This document shows, in pieces, positions 28,397 to 32,719 of a stretch of 32,719 nt of DNA (its first letter is position 1; each line of letters starts with the position of its first letter). Position numbers and translations under genes: made by a program. Under the pieces are notes generated by a model, which saw only the letters and a program-made list of their open reading frames with translations, made no database searches and was not told where the DNA came from. Source of the DNA: Pseudomonadota bacterium (GTDB lineage: Bacteria; Bdellovibrionota_B; Oligoflexia; Oligoflexales; RGVZ01); NCBI GenBank assembly GCA_041178085.1, contig JBEGVZ010000067.1:1-32719 (forward strand), given 5' to 3'.

Positions 28397-28423
28397 TCAA
28401 TAAAATGGCGACCCTGCCGATGC
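28397..28423 (+). promoter_or_regulatory. Candidate sigma28 (FliA)-type promoter for the giant surface protein gene
   Basis: TCAA-N15-GCCGATGC with exact consensus spacing, directly upstream of the large ORF. Confidence 0.5.
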
Positions 28424-28433
28424 CTTCTATAGT

Positions 28434-31400
28434 ATGGACGGCGATTTTAAATTCCGGCGCCTGAGGCGAGAAGCAGCTGCCTGCGTTATTGCAACGCTGG
28501 GATCTTTGCGTCGCGTCATTCTTTTAGCCGCGACGTCTTGCGTGTTGCAGCTGGTCGCATGCTCCGGTGGCGGAAGCGGCTCCGAGGAAACTGGCAACCC
28601 CAGTCGGCCCTACGGCCATCCGGGGGCGACCGGCGGTGGTTCGACCAATACGACACAAGGCCGTCTTGCGAAGTTAGTGGATGGCGAGATCAGCGACGAT
28701 TTGACCGTCGAGCTGGCGACGACATCCCTGACCGTGCGTGGCGGTACTTATCAGACCGCTTACCAGGCTCTGCTGACCGACCTGGCCGGTGAAATCATCG
28801 AGTCAAACTCCCTGAAGCTGCTTAGCCTGCCAGTCCGGGTCAGGTTATCGGATGAGGGAGGAATTTTCGATCGCACAGATTCGCACCGTGATCTTGAGAT
28901 CACCGTCACTGCAGCAAAGTCAGCCACCATTCACAAAGCCGTTTTGCTGATCATTGACTACGACGGCGTAGTAGAAGGTGAGCCTGCATCTTCGCGTTCG
29001 TTCATCCGGCTATCTGCATTGGGCAGTGCGGCCACGACCAACGCCGATGGCAAATTGACGGCAACGATCAAGGGGCGATCCGCCAATTTTGGAATTGCAA
29101 TGATCAGCGCCGAGACAGGTGATCCTGCCGGTTATTCGGCTTACAAGGAACCGCCGGTCGATCCAGTCGGTGTCTTGGCGAGCAGTGATGCTCCAGACAA
29201 GGCCGTCGTCAAGTGGCGCGCACAGAGGTTAACAGGGCAGGGTTTTGCAGTGGCCTATGGTTTGGCACCTGTCGCTCCCCTTTGTTCCGATGACTTTGCC
29301 GTGACGGCAACGGAAACATCCACTGCTCCGACGTTGGACGCGTCAGGAAAAATGCTCTACGAATACCGCGCGGAGATTGACGGGCTCGCAGACAACACAA
29401 CCTATGCTCTGCGTGTGTGTGCCTCCAACGATCGCAGTCCCAAGGATTACTCGGGTCCCGGTGCAGGCGGCCAGGTGACAACCGTGGCCCGCGCACGTGC
29501 TGTCCTCTCTGGAACCCCCGCGACACCAACCACTGAAAATTCCATCTTTGTCACCGTGGGTGGCGATGGGCTGGTGACTTATAAAAAAGCGGTCATCGAG
29601 GGATCAAGTTGTGTGGGTGCCGTTTATGGCACTTGGACTAACGTGGCCACGCCAATTTCCGAGTCTGGACTGACAGAGTCAATACACACGTTGTGTGTGC
29701 TAGGGAAAATTAATGACACGAACGTGCAGCTTGTGCCGACGACTCACACTTGGGAAGTTGACAGGACCCCGCCCACAATTACAGTTTTGCCAGCATTGGA
29801 TGCGATTGTCCTTTCCGGTGGTGGAATCAATCTTCCGGAGGCACAGTCGGACCAGGCTTTGCACAACGCTGCCACAGTCACCGGTGGTGCAGTGCTCGTT
29901 CAGTATAAAGTTTCCGGCCAATCTGTAGCCTGCAGCACAGAAACGTTTTCCGGCGCACACAACAACCTTGTCAAGAGCGGTGCCATCTCTGCGGACGGGA
30001 ACTGGAAGATTTGTGTTCGCGCAGCGGACGCAGCTGGTAACGCCGCCTATGGGGAAAGTTCCTCCTTTGTCGCGGACATTACACCGCCTGTGTTCATTAG
30101 CGGGCTTGATCTTGCCGGTGCGGCGGCGAATGGGTTTGTCAATTCGTCAGAGGTGGCGGTCGTACCGGGGAGTGATTTGGCTTCAGCTCCGGTTTTCAAT
30201 GAGGACGTGACAAAGAGCTATGCGTTAATTGCTGGTACTGAAACCTGTGGATCTGCGGCGAATCCTGCAGGGGTTTCGATTCCGACGACAACCGAATTGC
30301 AGGCAAAAGCTGACAGTTCATGGAAGGTCTGCCTGAAGGCAGTCGATCAATCTGACAATCCGGCGACGTACCAGGCGAGCCCAGTCTTCATTTTGGATAC
30401 TGTCGCGCCAAGCCTTGCCAGTGGCTTCGCCTGGGATGGTGCTGCTGCAGATTTCTATCTCAATGCTTCAGAGCGTACGGCTACCACGGCAATCCTTGGC
30501 GCTGCGGTAGCAGACGAGACCTCTACCTATCAATACACAGTCCTGCCGCTCCTGGGATCTTGCGCGACGGCAAGCGACTACGCCTCTGGTTTGCCAGCGG
30601 CGGATACCACCAAAATCACAGCCGACGGCAGCTATCTGGGCTGCGTCGAGATGACGGACAGCGCCGGAAACGTGACCCGCACGCAGTCGGCAGCTGCAGT
30701 CACTGTGGATACGGTGGAACCGTCTGCGACGATGGAGCTGATCAATGCAGCGTCTGACAGTAAAATCAATGGAGCGGAAAAATCGTCCGTTTCTACAGAA
30801 ATGGGTGACCAGCCCGCGCCATCTGAACCCCTCTCTGCAAAGACGTACAAGCTGATTCCATCGGCCACTTCGTGCGATCAAAGTCTTGTTTTTGGTGCAG
30901 CGATTCCACCGGCAAACAGCTCTGATTTTGGGGCAGACGGGGACTACCGGATTTGTATGAAGCTGATAGACCAGGCCGGTAACTCAGGGTACTCGACATC
31001 TGATTTGATTTCTCTCGATACGACGGCCCCCGTCTTCTCTTCGATCGCTTTCGCAAACGAAGCTTCTGACGGCTACATAAACCTGGCCGAAAAAGATGCG
31101 ACGACAGACATGGTGGAAGATCCGGTCGTATCGGGTGCTGATGTCGCGGAATATAAAGTGGCGGCGAATACGGCCACCTGTAGCAGCCTTTCAAGCTACT
31201 CAAGCACCAAGCCTAAGGTCAATGACGCTGAGATCTCAGCGGATGGATCGTGGAAGGTCTGCGTGAGGCTATCCGATACAGCAGGAAACGTGACGTACGG
31301 GGAAAGCTCCACTGTAGTCCGGGACATCGTGGCGCCGACGCTGAGCACTGGCTTCGCCTGGGATGGTGCTGCTGCAGATTTCTATCTCAATGCTTCAGAG

Positions 31401-32719
31401 CGTGCGGCTACGACAGCAATCCTTAGTGCGGCGGTAGCAGACGAGACTTCTACCTATCAATACACAGTGCTGCCGCTCCTGGGATCTTGCGCGACGGCAA
31501 GCGACTACGCCTCTGGTTTGCCAGCGGCGGATACCACCAAAATCACAGCCGACGGCAGCTACCTGGGCTGCGTCGAGATGGCGGATACAGCCGGAAATGT
31601 GACTCGCACGCAGTCGGCATCTGCAGTGGTAGTAGATACGGCAGCTCCGACAGCGACCATGGCCCTGATCAATGCCGCTTCTGACAGCAAGATCAATGGC
31701 ACAGAAAAATCTTCCCTCTCCACAGCAATGGGTGATGAGCCTGTCGCGTCAGAGGCGCTCTCTGCAAAAACTTACAAGCTGATCGCTTCGGCTACGAGCT
31801 GTGACAGTAGTCTTTCCTTCGGATCTTCGATGCCTGCTGCAAACAGCGCGGATTTCGGAGTCGACGGGGATTACAAGATCTGTATGAAGCTGGTCGACGT
31901 CGCAGGAAACGCCGGATACTCGGCCTCAGGCCTGATCACCCTCGATACGACCGGCCCAGTTTTCACTTCGATTGCTTTCACAAACGAAGCCTCTGACGGA
32001 TACGTAAACCTGGCCGAAAAAGACGCGACGACGGACCTCGTCGCAAGTCCCGTCGTCTCAGGTGCTGATGTCACGGAATATAAAGTGGCGGCGAATACGG
32101 CCACCTGTAGCAGCCTTTCAAGCTACTCAAGCACCAAGCCTAAGGTCAATGACGCGGAGATCTCAGCGGATGGATCGTGGAAAGTGTGCGTCAAACTCTC
32201 TGATGCAGCAGGAAACGTGACGTACGGGGAAAGTTCTGCTGTGGTCCGGGATATCGTGGCTCCTGCTCTCAGTACGGGATTTGCTTGGTCTGGCGCTGCA
32301 GCCGATTCCTATCTCAATGCTTCAGAGCGTGCGGCTACGACAGCAATCCTCAGTGCTGCGGTGGCAGACGAGACCTCTACCTATCAATACACAGTGCTGC
32401 CGCTCCTGGGATCTTGCGCGACGGCAAGCGACTACGCCTCCGGTTTGCCAGCGGCGGATACCACCAAAATCACAGCCGACGGCAGCTACCTCGGCTGCGT
32501 CGAGATTGCGGATACAGCCGGAAACGTGACTCGCACGCAGTCGGCATCTGTAGTGGTAGTAGATACGGCAGCTCCGACAGCGACCATGGCCCTGATCAAT
32601 GCCGCTTCTGACAGCAAGATCAATGGTACAGAAAAATCTTCCCTCTCCACAGCAATGGGTGATGAGCCTGTCGCGTCAGAGGCGATCTCTGCAAAAACAT
32701 ACAAGCTGATTGCTTCGGC
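28434..32719 (+). CDS. Giant surface lipoprotein/adhesin with an FN3-like domain and tandem Cys-containing Ig-like repeats; 3'-truncated by the window (>1,400 aa); missing from the ORF track
   Basis: Translated by hand; the same frame holds at 28434, 30003 and 32643, and the track lists no terminated ORF in this frame. Begins MDGDFKFRR...LRRVILLAATSCVLQLVAC (lipobox Cys at 28560; TTG 28506 is an alternative start). FN3-like segment about 29150-29480 (VVKW...IDGLADNTTYALRVCASN). Then ~103-aa modules with DxxxP starts, DGYINLAE-like and WKVCVRLSDTAGN motifs. Confidence 0.88.
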   Translation, partial: MDGDFKFRRLRREAAACVIATLGSLRRVILLAATSCVLQLVACSGGGSGSEETGNPSRPYGHPGATGGGSTNTTQGRLAKLVDGEISDDLTVELATTSLTVRGGTYQTAYQALLTDLAGEIIESNSLKLLSLPVRVRLSDEGGIFDRTDSHRDLEITVTAAKSATIHKAVLLIIDYDGVVEGEPASSRSFIRLSALGSAATTNADGKLTATIKGRSANFGIAMISAETGDPAGYSAYKEPPVDPVGVLASSDAPDKAVVKWRAQRLTGQGFAVAYGLAPVAPLCSDDFAVTATETSTAPTLDASGKMLYEYRAEIDGLADNTTYALRVCASNDRSPKDYSGPGAGGQVTTVARARAVLSGTPATPTTENSIFVTVGGDGLVTYKKAVIEGSSCVGAVYGTWTNVATPISESGLTESIHTLCVLGKINDTNVQLVPTTHTWEVDRTPPTITVLPALDAIVLSGGGINLPEAQSDQALHNAATVTGGAVLVQYKVSGQSVACSTETFSGAHNNLVKSGAISADGNWKICVRAADAAGNAAYGESSSFVADITPPVFISGLDLAGAAANGFVNSSEVAVVPGSDLASAPVFNEDVTKSYALIAGTETCGSAANPAGVSIPTTTELQAKADSSWKVCLKAVDQSDNPATYQASPVFILDTVAPSLASGFAWDGAAADFYLNASERTATTAILGAAVADETSTYQYTVLPLLGSCATASDYASGLPAADTTKITADGSYLGCVEMTDSAGNVTRTQSAAAVTVDTVEPSATMELINAASDSKINGAEKSSVSTEMGDQPAPSEPLSAKTYKLIPSATSCDQSLVFGAAIPPANSSDFGADGDYRICMKLIDQAGNSGYSTSDLISLDTTAPVFSSIAFANEASDGYINLAEKDATTDMVEDPVVSGADVAEYKVAANTATCSSLSSYSSTKPKVNDAEISADGSWKVCVRLSDTAGNVTYGESSTVVRDIVAPTLSTGFAWDGAAADFYLNASERAATTAILSAAVADETSTYQYTVLPLLGSCATASDYASGLPAADTTKITADGSYLGCVEMADTAGNVTRTQSASAVVVDTAAPTATMALINAASDSKINGTEKSSLSTAMGDEPVASEALSAKTYKLIASATSCDSSLSFGSSMPAANSADFGVDGDYKICMKLVDVAGNAGYSASGLITLDTTGPVFTSIAFTNEASDGYVNLAEKDATTDLVASPVVSGADVTEYKVAANTATCSSLSSYSSTKPKVNDAEISADGSWKVCVKLSDAAGNVTYGESSAVVRDIVAPALSTGFAWSGAAADSYLNASERAATTAILSAAVADETSTYQYTVLPLLGSCATASDYASGLPAADTTKITADGSYLGCVEIADTAGNVTRTQSASVVVVDTAAPTATMALINAASDSKINGTEKSSLSTAMGDEPVASEAISAKTYKLIAS
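30396..32719 (+). repeat. In-frame 927-bp tandem repeat (309 aa), about 2.5 copies visible
   Basis: Copies start at 30396, 31323 and 32250. The GGCTTCGCCTGGGATGGTGCTGCTGCAGATTTCTATCTCAATGC block recurs exactly 927 nt apart. Each unit holds three modules of 104, 103 and 102 aa. Confidence 0.95.

Noticed and set aside
28538..32704. Short ORFs listed in the track across the right end (for example 30560-30757, 31487-31684, 32285-32611)
   Set aside because: They are alternative-frame or antisense fragments of the single giant ORF; their recurrence just reflects the 927-bp repeat.
30396..32719. Repeats as a CRISPR array, DGR template/variable pair or IS copies
   Set aside because: The period is 927 bp, in frame and coding; differences involve all four bases and are often synonymous; there are no spacers, RT or transposase.

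Overview
A gene-dense chromosomal window of moderately high GC content. Gene content (complete Agl-Glt-type cluster, many secreted lipoproteins, DUF1566 protein, stand-alone HAMP protein) points to a Bdellovibrionota/Oligoflexia-like or related deltaproteobacterial genome; this is inference. Left to right: 3' end of msrA, HAMP protein, J-domain protein, DUF983, IPT/TIG-DUF1566 lipoprotein, RMD1/YagE; a tightly coupled minus-strand run of orphan nuoB, a GHKL-ATPase-like protein, icd and an SH3 lipoprotein; an eight-gene Agl-Glt-type motor cluster (aglR, aglQ, aglS, OM beta-barrel, gltC, gltD, gltE, gltG) running into surE and a LysM-M23 peptidase; an orphan coiled-coil gene, dus and a small membrane gene; a lipoprotein with a C-terminal non-splicing Hint domain paired with an unknown 561-aa lipoprotein; an Ala-Glu dipeptide epimerase and a lipoprotein; and a giant (>1,400 aa) FN3/Ig-repeat surface lipoprotein that is absent from the ORF track, has 927-bp tandem repeats and runs off the right end. 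The best leads are the Hint lipoprotein and its partner, sigma28-like promoters before three separate surface-lipoprotein genes, the giant repeat adhesin, and the GHKL-like gene translationally coupled to icd. No rRNA, tRNA, CRISPR array or IS element was recognised.
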